This document shows, piece by piece, positions 27,611-40,666 of a stretch of 64,000 nt of DNA (position 1 is the first letter of the stretch; every line of letters begins with the position of its first letter). The translations under genes were made by a program, and so were the position numbers. The notes beneath the pieces are model-generated. The model made no database searches. It worked only from the letters and a program-made list of their open reading frames with translations, and was not told the origin of the DNA. The stretch covers positions 36,704,001-36,768,000 of the forward strand of contig NC_043015.1 in assembly GCF_006345805.1 (NCBI RefSeq). Direction: 5' to 3'. This stretch comes from Octopus sinensis. Taxonomy: Eukaryota.

Positions 27611-27822
27611 GAAGGCGCATGACTCAATGGTTAGAGCGTGGAGCTTACGAACGTGAGGTTGTGAGTTCGATTCCCCGTCCGGATGGCGTATTGTGTTCTT
27701 AAGCAAGACAGTTTATTTCACCTTTCTCCAGTTAACTCACCGGTAGAAATCAGTTACGACATCACTGGTGACAAGCTGTATCAGTCTTTGCCTTTCCCTT
27801 GGATAAAAACAGTGGCGTGGAG
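27611..27822 (+). mobile_element. tRNA-derived SINE, 3' truncated at (TA)n
   Basis: A-box TGACTCAATGG, B-box GAGTTCGATTCC, core ttgtgttcttaagcaagacag; same family as 11141-11470. Confidence 0.88.
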
Positions 27823-27850
27823 ATATATATATATATATATTTACATTATT

Positions 27851-27880
<30 letters not shown>

Positions 27881-27884
<4 letters not shown>

Positions 27885-28238
27885 CAAGGAAAAATTGTCA
27901 AAATGCAGAATGCTCAAATGAAAGAAAATTTTAATGAAATGAGAAATTGATAAAATATATAAATATATATTTATTCAAACCGGTTTTCGTCATTGTAAAA
28001 AAACAATGCAATTTTCTTTTTTCCCCTTTCTAATTTTTAAAAAACTTTTTAACCTAAATATTCTTGACAAGTCATACAATGACGGAAACCGGTTTGAATA
28101 AATATATATTTATATATTTATCAATTTCTCATTTCATTAAAATTTTCTTTCATTTCAGCATTCTGCACTTTTACAATTTTTCGTTGCTTATCATTTCTCC
28201 ACGTGCGGTGTCAACACAGCCCCACCATCTATTGATCC
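27881..28238 (+). mobile_element. foldback element with a U3-A8 variant type I hammerhead
   Basis: Arms 27881-27997 and 28075-28190 (~116 bp). HHR at 28059-28100: TATTC-TTGACAA-GTCAT(ACA)ATGAC-GGAA-ACCGGTT-T-GAATA. (TA)n on both sides. Confidence 0.75.
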
Positions 28239-28303
<65 letters not shown>

Positions 28304-28504
28304 ATATATAGATATGTAAATTATATATATATTTACATATAGATATATATATGTTGTATTTACATATATATATATATATGTAAATATATTCAATAAAAGC
28401 AATTAAGATTCAAGTCAATTCTAATGAATTTACTTGAATACGGTACTTAACTTAGATGCACCAGAAAACTATATGGTGTTAACCATACAGTAATGTGGGG
28501 TGAT

Positions 28505-29491
28505 TATAAACGACAAAGAAGCAACAAGAATGGATTAGTTTTTAGTACAATTGTTTCATATAAAGACAGGCTTTATTAAAAGTTGCAAAAATTGCAGCAG
28601 ATAAAAGTGTCCCGTACTCATCAGCTAAAATACATGAGTTCTCCAAATATCTTAGTGGGTGAGGCTATACTCATGAAGTATTGGAGATAATTAATTAAAA
28701 GCAGATTTAGGTTGTAAACAGATTTCCGAAGTTCCTTAATGATGATGCACAGTCTTATCACAGGTTTTTTAAAAAAGCTTATTAGCTTCACAGAAAAGGT
28801 GAATTAATCCGTAGTGTAGATGTAAATTTCCAGAGATATGAGGAGGAATTTCATACTCACAGACGATGAATTTATCCATGGTTAATCCACAATGAGGTGG
28901 GTATCATTTCATGCTATATGATAAGGTATTTGCCACATTACTGTTCTCTTCACAAAACTGCTAGGTTATGACTTCTAAAGGCTGAAGGAATTTGTGTGGA
29001 GCAAAGAAAAGAAAAGAAAGGAAAGAGAAGAAAAGAGACAATGAAAAGGAAATAGAAAAAAAGAAAAAGGAAAAAAGAAAAAAGGGGAGAAGAAAAGAAA
29101 AAAAGAAAAAGAAAAAGAAAAAGAAAAAGGGAAAACAAAAAAAAGGAAAGAAGGGAGAAAAGAAAAAACGCCTACATAGAGTATACTGTGACAACTTAGA
29201 GGGAAAGGGGTTCTAAAGTGACCTACTACACAGAAGAATTTGTAGACGGCCTGGCTGGTTTGAATTTGCAAGAATCCAGGAACTAAATCTGCTTTTAATG
29301 AAATTATCTCCAATACTTCATGAGTATAGCCTCACCCACTAAGATGTTTGGAGAACTCATATGTATTTTAGCTGATGAGTACGGGACACTTTTATCTGCT
29401 GCAATTTTTGCAACTTTTAATAAAGCCTGTCTTTGTATGAAACAATTGTACTAAAAACTAATCCATTCTTGTTGCTTCTTTCTCGTTTATA
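28505..29491. mobile_element. divergent ~205-bp inverted repeats, each carrying a canonical type I hammerhead
   Basis: Arms 28505-28710 and 29283-29491. Plus HHR at 29366-29456: TTTTAG-CTGATGA-GTAC...GTAT-GAAA-CAATTG-TA-CTAAAA. Minus copy at 28540-28630. Confidence 0.85.
28995..29168. repeat. polypurine (A/G) low-complexity tract
   Basis: Almost exclusively A/G. It explains the K-rich and F-rich ORFs. Confidence 0.95.
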
Positions 29492-29769
29492 TGTAAATAT
29501 ATATATGTAAATACATATATATATATGTATGTGTGTGTATGCATGCATATATGCGTGTGTATGTGCATATGTGTGTGTTTGTATATCCAAATACTGACAT
29601 CTTAAAATGCGTGACATAATGATTTGGATGTTACTTTCATGATTGTAACGTTGTGGTTATTCAGCCATTCGAGGCGGATGTGTCTTCCATTTCTACCAGT
29701 TTTGATGTCCAAACGTCTCCACTCCAGTTGCTAAAGAGGAAATCTAGCATGCCGGCCGCCATCTTTCAT

Positions 29770-29944
29770 TTTTGCTTGTTTCAGTTATGCAGGGGCACCA
29801 CCTTGAAAACATTTAGTCAAAGGAATCGATACCAGGACTTTTAGTTTTAGGCTAATCTACGGAAACGTAAACACGCCAACATCGGTCATCAAGCGGTAGT
29901 GAGGGACGAATGCGTACCGAAAGAAAGACAGACACACACACACA

Positions 29945-29987
<43 letters not shown>

Positions 29988-30125
29988 TTGTATGAAGTGT
30001 CTTTTTCCGTTTCCCCTTTATGAAATCCAATCAAAATGCTTAGTTTGATCCGAAGCTGCCATGCCATGGGACTGAATCCGGAAGCAATCATCTTAAGGGA
30101 AGCAAGCTTTGTAAAACACATGCTT
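29770..30125 (-). mobile_element. bipartite SINE with internal (CA)n
   Basis: Tail 29770-29935, (CA)n 29935-29986, and head 30000-30125 with gggactgaatccgg (B-box on minus strand). Confidence 0.75.
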
Positions 30126-30789
30126 TTTACCGCTTCTTATGCCGTTACATAAACAATTTTAATACTTGCTACTTATCTGTTTATGGTTTACATTATACTT
30201 TAACATAAATATTTTTTTACTTACTCTAATTAAATGTAAATATTTCAAACAACGTAGTTAAAACAACAGTACCTGAATACTAGTAGGTTTATATTATATT
30301 TATTGTGTATTGTATGGCTTAAGCAACGACAACTAAACTCTATTCGTAAACTCCATTTCTATACGCATTTCCAATATTGATATATGAGAAGGTAAAAAGT
30401 TCAAACAAAGTGCTTTCCAAACATATCTCCCAATATTCCATCTTTCAAAGCAAGTGAAATTCTATTCCTCTAATTTACTTCATAAAAACGCATAGCTTTT
30501 GTTTTCAGAAGTATGTGATGTGTGAATGTGTGTGTTGTCCTGGACATGCGTAGGTTTATGCACCTGTAAGTATAGGAAAGCATTTATTAATATGCATTAA
30601 CAAATGATAATAATATTGAGAACGAAATGAAATAAAAATTACAATGCATTGTTTTTTTGTTCATATTTAACACAAGTCTGTGTAAGCAATTGAATTGAAA
30701 ATCATAATAAAATTTATAGAGTAGAAATTATTTGAGGCAGAAATAAGCGCGCGGCATACACACGCAGGCACAGAAGCGGATACACGCAT

Positions 30790-30836
<47 letters not shown>

Positions 30837-31025
30837 CAAACAAGCTCACACAAGATTGCATACAAAAGCTTATACAATTAGCCATGCTACAGGAAAAATT
30901 ACACTAAACGTACTTATATGATTCATACCTACCTATAAAGATGCGTGTGTATGTATACGTGTGTGCGCATATATACGGAAATGTATATAATATATCCATC
31001 TATCTATTTATCTATCTATATCTAT

Positions 31026-31056
<31 letters not shown>

Positions 31057-32013
31057 ATATAAATATATATATATATAATATATGTATATATAATATAAAT
31101 ATATATATATATACATACACACGTATATATATATATATATACATATGCATATATATACCTCCGTAAACATACATATACATGCATATATTTACACATATAT
31201 ATATATGTATATATGACAATAAATAAAAAAATATATATGTATATACGTACAAACATATATCTGTTAGTATGTGCGAAGTTGTGTGTGTGTGTGTGTGTAT
31301 GTGTGTGTGTGTGCTTGTGTGTGTGTGTGTGTGCTTGTGTTTGTGTGTGTAGGAGTTGGCTTTCAAGACGAGGCTGTTTTCGTTTTTAAGCATTTTTATT
31401 AATGAGATGTTATTCTATTACACAATAATGTAAAATTCATTCTAATGTAACAACAAAAAGAAAACCAGTCGGGAATAACAAAAATAATTTTAAATCAACC
31501 AGCATCCTACATACAATTCCATTTAAAAATATATAAAAATGACGCGAAAGAAGCCGCGAGTGTTTCATTTATGACAGAATACATGTTATAAGTGGAATCA
31601 CTAATACAGCATGCCTAAAATGTATTATGAAAGTAGAGGAGACAAAACAAAATTTTAGACGAGTGTTTGAATATTATATCACTTAGTATCATTCCCGCTT
31701 CTATTACCAGCAGACTGCAAAATGCAAATACAATGCAAGTTTCTGAACATTTAGTTTGGAAAATGAGGCCTAGAGTAGCAAGAAATGCTTATGCATTTAG
31801 GGTGCAATAAATATGATGGAATAATAGAAAAAAAAGATTTTTCTCGAAAAACGCGAAACATTCCGATAATTCCCGACCGAAAGAAGGCGAATGTTTCACA
31901 AAGTATCTCGTTATAAATGTCCCTATCACGCTCTGTCTTTAAAGGTATTTTAATATGCTGCCATTTTTTTGATGGAATTATTTTCTGTAAAAAAATTAAT
32001 CCTATATTAGTAG

Positions 32014-32073
<60 letters not shown>

Positions 32074-32798
32074 TGTATGTGTGTGTATGTGTGTGAGTGT
32101 GTGTGTGTATAAGTTATACATATATACTTATTTATATATTTATTGATAGACAGATACTTAATTACCATATTTGTGGCATAGAAAACGAAAGCCATTCACA
32201 ATTTGAAATTCTCAGTTATGAAAGACGTTAATTAATTTTCATTGATCGGAGAAGGAGTCGCAGCTGAATCATCGAAATTTATAAACGTTGAGCCACACAT
32301 GTTGTCCTTTCAATCGTTTTATCTTCTCATATTAACTTCCAAATTATAATCTACCGCTTCAGGATATTTCACACGTTTGTATATGACTTTGCACTACTCC
32401 ATCCAAGTTTGCCTGTCTTTTGTAACCATTGTGCTACAGATGAGAATGATAATTTCGAGAAATTGTTGCAAATATTATTAAGAGTCTTAACATTACGAAA
32501 TTTCTTCGGCAGACGTACAATTACCTCAGAAATGTTCATCAAATTTCTGATATAAAGAGTTATATGATACACTCTTCATCATTCTCGGTGATATTTGAAA
32601 ATACGTGATTTTATTTGGGAATAAAATTATCCATAGCATTTAATATTTGCGTAAGAGCACACGTATAGATGCGATTATCAAAGACCACATTAATACATAA
32701 ACACACACATGCACGCATACGAACATATATCTATAATATATCTCTAGCTATGTTTATAATATATATATATATATATATAAATATATATATATATATGA

Positions 32799-33255
32799 AA
32801 TAAAAGGCTTCCAAATAAGGAAGCGTAGTGCTAGAAACACAAAAAGGGATAAATTCATGAAAGGAATGAAAATTAAAAACATTTACCATCTCAGCTATAT
32901 CCCAGACCGAACGGTTTCTACCTATTTTTTAGCAAACACACAGAATATATTTGCCAGGCCACGTTCTTCAGTGGGAAGCCTTCGTAATCTTAGACGCACA
33001 GACTGTTAGAAGCACATGTAGATCTAACGGTTTGTATATCCTAACTTTTCAAACCTCTGCGCAGACGCAAATCATACCCGGCGAACAGAGAGGTTGCCGG
33101 TAAAAGATTTACGAATAAATTTATCAAGCAATATTTAAACATAATCAAATAGGGTAATAAAATAAATTATTATTACCAGTGGCCTAGCACAAAAGACGAA
33201 TTTATCCCTGTTTGTGTTTCTAGCACTACGCTTCCTTATTTGAAAGCCTTTTATT
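32799..33255 (-). mobile_element. inverted-end element with a minus-strand hammerhead-like motif
   Basis: 58-bp inverted arms at 32799-32856 and 33198-33255. The minus-strand HHR-like motif at 32900-32976 reads TCCCA-CTGAAGA...GAAA-CCGTTCGG-TC-TGGGA; the base of stem II is irregular. Confidence 0.65.
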
Positions 33256-34392
33256 ATATTTCTATACGAAAAATATATAGTCTAATGACTAACTCGTCTT
33301 TTGTTGCAGGTTAAAGCCGAAAGGATCAAATGGACCATATTTCTTGAAGGTACTGTGACTGGTACAGTAATATTTTAGCCCGTATAGGGAACCTCCATGC
33401 TACCCTCTTCATATGAAAACCCACCATGATAGTATGTAGCCCCAAAAAGTGGTAACAGACGTACCATGATAGTAGCATACCTTACGCGTTCATCGGTCCT
33501 CACTCTACAAGAATCTTTCCGAGGATAATTTGGATAAAAGTTACGGTACAAACTAAAACCGACGAAAATTTGCGAATTAAAAGCAAGCGGTAAGAGAAAC
33601 TGCGCAGAAGTTCCGAACAAAATGCTTGTTGATATTTAAGTTTCCACATACATGATGCCAGACAAGTAAATCTCTATAAGTATTTATCATTGAAATGACG
33701 CTATAATAAATACCAAATTCTTCTTCCGACTTCTTCATACTCAACATATACACCCACGAAGATATTATGGAATAGACCGATTCCCAACAGCCATATCTAC
33801 CTGAATATATATTGTTTGGGTACGTGACAAGTTGTTTACCTATTTGACATAAATTAATGACATATCCCCCGATTTGTCCTGAGATATTACTGCAGAGATT
33901 GCGATAAATTTTATTTCAGGATTGATAACAGTTAACACAGGAACAGGTAATTGATTGAGTAAAAATAAATAATCTATAAGGTAAACTGAAGAAACACAAA
34001 ACTCGAATCAAGAAATGCTAAATAATCTTATCTTTATCTGAGGTGACATATAACAAATATCTGCACAGAGTTTTACCAGATTTGGACCACAAATTCCGAC
34101 ACTGCATTACGTATATATTCCAACATGCACTCTCCAATTTATATAGATGCTATCAAATACGTACATACGTACGTCGGTGGATGTGTTCGTAAGTTTATGT
34201 GTTTATGTGTGTGGCGGTGTGTTGTTGCATAGTTGTGTGTGATTCTATATAGTTGAACACGTATGCGTAGATATTTGTATATATATATATATATATATAA
34301 ATATATTATATACATTATATAAGTTCATGGATAGAAATAGAAATAAACACCTGCGCGTACACACCATGCGTGTGCGCACACATCTATATTTG

Positions 34393-34437
<45 letters not shown>

Positions 34438-34507
34438 GCACAATCATATACACAATCCTACATGCATACACCTCCATATATATATAATATATATTATATA
34501 TATATTA

Positions 34508-34538
<31 letters not shown>

Positions 34539-34698
34539 TGTGTGTGTGTGTGTGTGTGTGTGTTTATGTGCGTGCTGTGTGTATGCATACATATACATAT
34601 CTGTAATATATAGAGACTGATTTCTAGATATGTAACTGATCGTACATTTATATAACTATCTCTCTCTCTCTCTCTCTTCTCTCCTCTATTATCTATAA

Positions 34699-34746
<48 letters not shown>

Positions 34747-34827
34747 ATATATATATATACAATATATGTTTTATAATCTATATATATGTATGTTTGTATA
34801 TATTTGTATTTTTATTTTTTTTATATG

Positions 34828-34885
<58 letters not shown>

Positions 34886-35349
34886 TAAGTTGGCAGGTAA
34901 GTATATGTGTGTAAGTGTTGGTGTCATGTTTACTTAAATCTGACTGATTTGACATGGCGACCTCGGTGTTTACTCTGTATACACAGTTGCAAGTTTATAG
35001 TTATAGACTAACCACCATAGAGTTGTAGATCAGACATATTTGCACACCATTAATCGTCTCCTACTGCTATTGAAATGGAATTTGTTCTTCATCTAAAGGA
35101 GTTTTATATTTGAAATTACCGACATTCAAATAATGTGAGTGCGCACTGGCTTAGACACACATAATCACAAACATAGATTTACTTACTTCTACCCACACAA
35201 ACACACTCTTTTTCACACGAATATCAATGTGCGCCAGAATATAGACAGATACATGTGTTTACAGCAATGTCCAACTATTTACAATGAAACACATAAGTAC
35301 ATACATATACATGTATGTGTGCATCTATCTATTAATCTATCTGTCTATA

Positions 35350-35376
35350 TCCATCCATCCATCCATCAATCCATCC

Positions 35377-35466
<90 letters not shown>

Positions 35467-35467
35467 A
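35350..35467. repeat. (ATCC)n/(ATCT)n tetranucleotide tract
   Basis: Directly visible; it abuts the Tx1-like fragment. Confidence 0.97.
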
Positions 35468-36261
35468 GCATTACCTGTTCGGGATAAGCTCTACAGGCAC
35501 GGTTCGAGACACACTGGACCGACTTGCCCGAGATGCGGTCAGAGCGACGAAACCGTTCTGCACGCACTCGTGCAGTGTCCATCTATTTCGGACCTGTGGG
35601 CTTATGTCGAACGGCTGCTGTCGCGTGTGGGACAAGTCCGCCTGTCGGCCGAGTCTGTCCTGGTGTTTGCACCGCCCTCTTCCCTCAACCGGGAAGGCAA
35701 GGCAGTTCTCATCGTACTGGTGGCTATGGTGAAAGAATGTGTGTGGTGGACTCGAGCGAAAGGATTGGAGACAAACACTTACCTCTCTGGCCAATCGCTC
35801 ATCAACTTTCTCAAGTACCACTTGAAAAGGAAGGTGAGAATGGAGAGGCAGGTTTTGTCTCGTGAAAGTTTAAAAAAAAGGTGGGTGAATGTAGCAAAGA
35901 TGGTGCGTGCGAGCGACGAAACCACTTTGAGCATGATCCTGTAAATCGTAAAAGAGAGAGAGAGAGCACTTTGCTCACATGTGTTTATTTCCACCCTGCC
36001 TGAGGTTACCGTGGTCTTTTCTGTAGGATTTTCTTTCCACGGATGAACCTAATCTTGTTTGTTACTTTGAAAAAAAAAAATTTTTTTCTGTGATACACGA
36101 TCCATTTTGATCGCTTTTTTCTTTCTTCTGGTCCCTTTTGATCGGAATTTTACATTTGTTCCATTTTTCTCTTCTTTCTCTTTTTCCATCTCCGAAAAGA
36201 AAAGCTCTACATTTGTAAATGTCCCCTCTGTGTCCAGCCCTGTGTGGCCAATAAAGAAAGT
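35468..36261 (+). mobile_element. 5'-truncated Tx1/L1-clade LINE (ORF2 C-terminus + 3' UTR)
   Basis: Uninterrupted frame 35468-35944: ALPVRDKLYRHG..TCPRCGQSDETVLHALVQCPSISDLWAYVERLL..., i.e. the CX2CX7HX4C zinc knuckle typical of L1/Tx1 ORF2. T-rich 3' UTR and AATAAA at 36250-36255. Confidence 0.85.
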
Positions 36262-36316
36262 TATCTATCTACCTACCTACCTACCTACCTACCTACCTAC
36301 CTATCTATCTATCTAA

Positions 36317-36355
<39 letters not shown>

Positions 36356-36530
36356 ATCTATCTATCTATACATACATACTCACACACAAACACACACACA
36401 CACACACACACACTCACACACATATATATACATATATAAATATGTTTATATACGTACATGCATATATTTATATGAATTTTCTCATATACATACATAAATA
36501 TAGGTATATCTGCATGTATGTGTATATATT

Positions 36531-36755
36531 GCGCCGAAAGAGATCAAAGTGTAAAAGGATCCCATCTACTTTAAACGGAGTCTAGATAGATTTCTTCAAG
36601 GAATACCGGATAAGCCACCGAGACCTGGATACAACTTACTCAACAAAAACTCACTACTTGAATGGACCTTAAACAAAACTTGGCTTGACATAACCTGGGC
36701 CAATCTTTGGTCGAAACATATCTAAGTTTATCTAGGTTTATCTAAGTTTATATGT
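36531..36755 (+). mobile_element. CR1/L2-like LINE 3' end
   Basis: Translation PKEIKV*KDPIYFKRSLDRFLQGIPDKPPRPGYNLLNKNSLLEW fits the CR1-type C-terminal motif (LPxxI..FKxxLDxFL..IPDxP..PGY..NSL). It ends in a short tandem tail (tatctaagtt x3). Confidence 0.75.
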
Positions 36756-36803
36756 ACATAGATAGACAGACAGACATACAGTCATATAGATAGATAGATA
36801 GAC

Positions 36804-36893
<90 letters not shown>

Positions 36894-37719
36894 ACAGATA
36901 GATAAATTTTCGATAACGTGGGTAATATTAAATTCAAGACAAATCCATATTTCTCTGAATGTGTTCGAAAACTATTGCACTTAAAATATGCAAGTAATAG
37001 AGTTGTTGATTCCAATCTGGCCTTACCATAAATATAAACCAGATAACAACCGACGTAAATTAATCTCATATAAATATTTTATCTCGCATAAACTATAAGG
37101 AGCGACAATTTAAGAAATATCTGTTGTTTCCTAAATCTTCGCCTAAATTTCATAAATCTATAGGCAAGAAAGTGCGTCAGTAAGAATATCATTTGAATAA
37201 ATTATTCAGGCCGTGGCATATAAGACTATCCTTGGGTTTTGATAAATATATGAATAAGAAACGGATATTATACATTGGTCGCAAATATAATAAGTGTCAT
37301 TTGTTTCAGTAGGACATCATCTTCATCTGCATTAAAATTTCGAATTCCGTACCCTTGTCGCAATCTTTATCTTCCTTTCATATTTGTTAAATAATTTCAA
37401 TTGCTGTTTCTCTAAACCTTCAATGGCATTGGAGACTGACAATAATGACGGTTTCTTTGCAGTCGAGCGATGTGCTAAATAAAGTAACTAAACACCTTCT
37501 AATTGCAGTCTTCGCTCAGTAAACGTGACATTTTAACTATTTCTGTTGTATATACACTCTGCCTAAACGACACAGTCATGGCTGGAATTACGTTTCTTAT
37601 ATATCTGCTCAGTAAGTTCCCCAAAAAATAATTGTTTCTAATTTCGACAGAAGGCACAACAATGTTGAAGAGAAGAGATTAATCGAAACAATCGATCTCT
37701 CTATTTGACTGTTTCTTTA

Positions 37720-37846
37720 TTTTTTGCCCACCCCCCTTGGGCTGAAAGGCAAAACTAACCTCAGAGAGAATTTGAACTTAGAATGTGAAGAACCGGAACG
37801 TATAGGAAAGCGCATTTGTTTCATCACAATAACGATTCTGCCGGCA
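37720..37846 (-). mobile_element. degenerate SINE (56342-type)
   Basis: tgaaaggcaaaactaacctcagagagaatttgaacttagaatgt..aacgattctgcc matches the reverse complement of 56342-56460. Confidence 0.7.
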
Positions 37847-38529
37847 AAACAGTAATAATATCAACACCATAACCTTCCTTTAGAATGTCCGTCTAATGGA
37901 TCAGCTGATGAAGTGAGCTTGTTTTTGGTTTTTACTTCAATTTCAATCAAGAATATTAATACAACTTTTAATATTACACAATCACATTGCAGGCTTCCCT
38001 ACAGAATATGTGGCCTGGTGCCAAATTAAAATCGACAGCAGTTTATTTGCATTACAATCTCTTATGCAAGGCTCTTTTTTGCTATTCCTTATTGATTTCT
38101 ACAATATGGATTCTTAACATTGGCTGAAATTTGTAATATTTACCAAACTGATTAAAAATAGTCATAATGATTGATATCTTTGGCACAATACCACAAATGC
38201 AGGCTGGGTTTCTGTTCGATTATTCAATCAATCGACACCCTGTAATTGAATGTTTGTGATGGGGTCTTATCGATCCCTTGGCACAATGAATGAATAGTCT
38301 ATGTCCACCCCGAGTAAGAATTGCACATGCGCGTGATCAGATGCAAAACAAATAACAAAAAGTCACTGACCTAGGAGGAAACAGACGGTAAATATTCACA
38401 AAACTAATTGTGAAATGTGGAACTCGGAGCTGAGACACAATAATATTTCACTAACATATAAAATCTTTGCCAAGAGACAAAACAAAAATGTACGAAAACA
38501 GTCTTTTAAAGCAGAACACAAATAGTAGC

Positions 38530-38660
38530 AGCAGAATATGTGGTTAGAATGCTCATAAAACTAAGATTGTGGGTTCAATCCGTGAGCAGCGATTTTACTT
38601 GAGCATGGTACTTCGTATCGCGTTACTCCATTCAACTTAGCTGCAGATAACCGTCGTCCG
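38530..38660 (+). mobile_element. degenerate tRNA-derived SINE head
   Basis: tgtggttagaatgc..GGGTTCAATCC B-box, then ttgagcatggtact..cgcgttactccattcaacttagctg core. Confidence 0.55.
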
Positions 38661-39496
38661 GTTGGTAGCCCCACTTTCCCGCCTTCTAGCTCCTGCAATT
38701 TTGATAAACAATTGGTGAAAGTTTGGCCGGGATAAGATGGCATCGACGTTGCGACTACATGAGACGCGAAAACAACTGGCGAAATCTAGTTATAGGTTTA
38801 GAAGCATTAAACTGATAATAAATAATGAACTACAATATAATTAATGCAACATATCTACACAAGTGAGATAACAACTGATTCAAACATTCTAGCATAGTAT
38901 TATACCTGCTAGAAGAAATAGTGAATTTTCTCTGAAATTACAACATTCATGTATTAGAACATAATGGATACATTGGCAAATATCACAATGAAAAAGATGC
39001 GATAAGTAGAAAAAAAATATTCTAATAGAGATATGGTCATTTAGAGCTGGTTTGAAGGTAGAAAAAACATACACAGAAAAACAAAGAGGGAAATGACAGA
39101 AAAGTCAAGTAAAACTTGCAATAAAAAGGATTCACATTCGACGGAAAGTAGGCTTGAGCATGAAAAATACCATCATAGATATTGTGCGTTTAGAAAGGAC
39201 TAATTTGAATAAACAAGTAAACAAGTAACAAGGTAACGGGGGAGGAGGGAGGGACATGGTATGTGTAAAAGACGCCGAATTTTGTTTCCCTACTCAACAC
39301 AATAAATAAATCAATATCACTTATTGGCTTCAAATGTATTATTTTGTAGGGTTTATCTCCAACGATTTCAGAGCCGTTCCGTTCATCATCTACGAGTGTT
39401 ATTTTTACTTATTTCAGTTATGTATATGTATGTATGTATGTATGTATGTTGTATGTATGTATGTATGTATGTATGTATTATGTATGTATGTATGTA

Positions 39497-39568
<72 letters not shown>

Positions 39569-39587
39569 TATATAAAGTTGATTGCAC

Positions 39588-40040
39588 AGGGTGCCACCCA
39601 GTGGCACTGAACCGGAAGCCACGTGACTGCAAAGCGAACTACTTACACACAACGTTATGCTTGAAACTAACATTTGCTTTTTCTTCTCGCATATTTCCGT
39701 CTTTTGACTGCGACCATGCTGGGGCTCTGTCACGAAGTCTTTTGAGTCGAACGTATCGTCACCAGTGATATTTTCAAGCTATTTCTTTTATCGTCGCATA
39801 TTTTGAACCACTAAGTTACGAAGACGTAAACGAACGAACATCTGTTTTCAAACGCCATTGGGGAACAAACACAAGCCAAAATACACACACACATAATTCA
39901 TGTACACCTATAAGTATATACGTATGTATGTATATTTGTACGTACGTATGTGTGGATAAACATAGATACATACATGCATACGTACATACAAATATACATA
40001 CATACATACATACTATGGGTTTCTTTCAGTTTCCTTATCT
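39588..40040 (-). mobile_element. two adjacent SINE fragments (head 39588-39655; tail + microsatellite + truncated head 39680-40040)
   Basis: ggtgccacccagtggcactgaaccggaagcc (head), ttgactgcgaccatgctgggg..aagttacgaagacgtaaac (tail), and atgggttctttcagtttcc (head-proximal segment). Confidence 0.7.
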
Positions 40041-40557
40041 TAGACTATTATATTCTAGAAAAATCTCAAAGAATCGCTAAGACTTCCGCGCGTGCGGAGA
40101 ATTGCATGCTTCGCTGATAAGGTTTGCTTAATAAAGCAACATAACAGAATACGACCGTGTTTGAATTATTCAACATTTAAACAGGACAATGGAATACTTT
40201 GCTTTGATATATCACTAAATAACGATATTAATTCGATCAAATATATTTTTTCCCATTCTGTAAGATGAAATACATAAACTTGAAAACAACAGTCGAGATG
40301 TTACAGAGAGAAATTTGAGTACAGAGGAAATAATTGTAATGACAGCATTCAGTCGGTAGTACGTACATTGAATTTCACAGAGTTTAGTGTTTCACCAAGT
40401 CCGACACAGACAGATTATTTCAGTCCGTTGAGTGGAATAACTACATTTAGATTATTGACATATATAGACAGTTTCGATCTGTAGATATGGCATATATTTA
40501 CAATCATTTACATATGCATTACTTTGGTATGAATATATATGTATATACATACATAAA

Positions 40558-40616
<59 letters not shown>

Positions 40617-40635
40617 TAGATATATATATATATAG

Positions 40636-40666
<31 letters not shown>

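Noticed and set aside
32290-33916. ATG-less open frames of about 87 codons (+, ~32295-32555) and about 115 codons (-, ~33570-33916)
   Set aside because: No recognisable motif; a few such frames are expected by chance in 64 kb.
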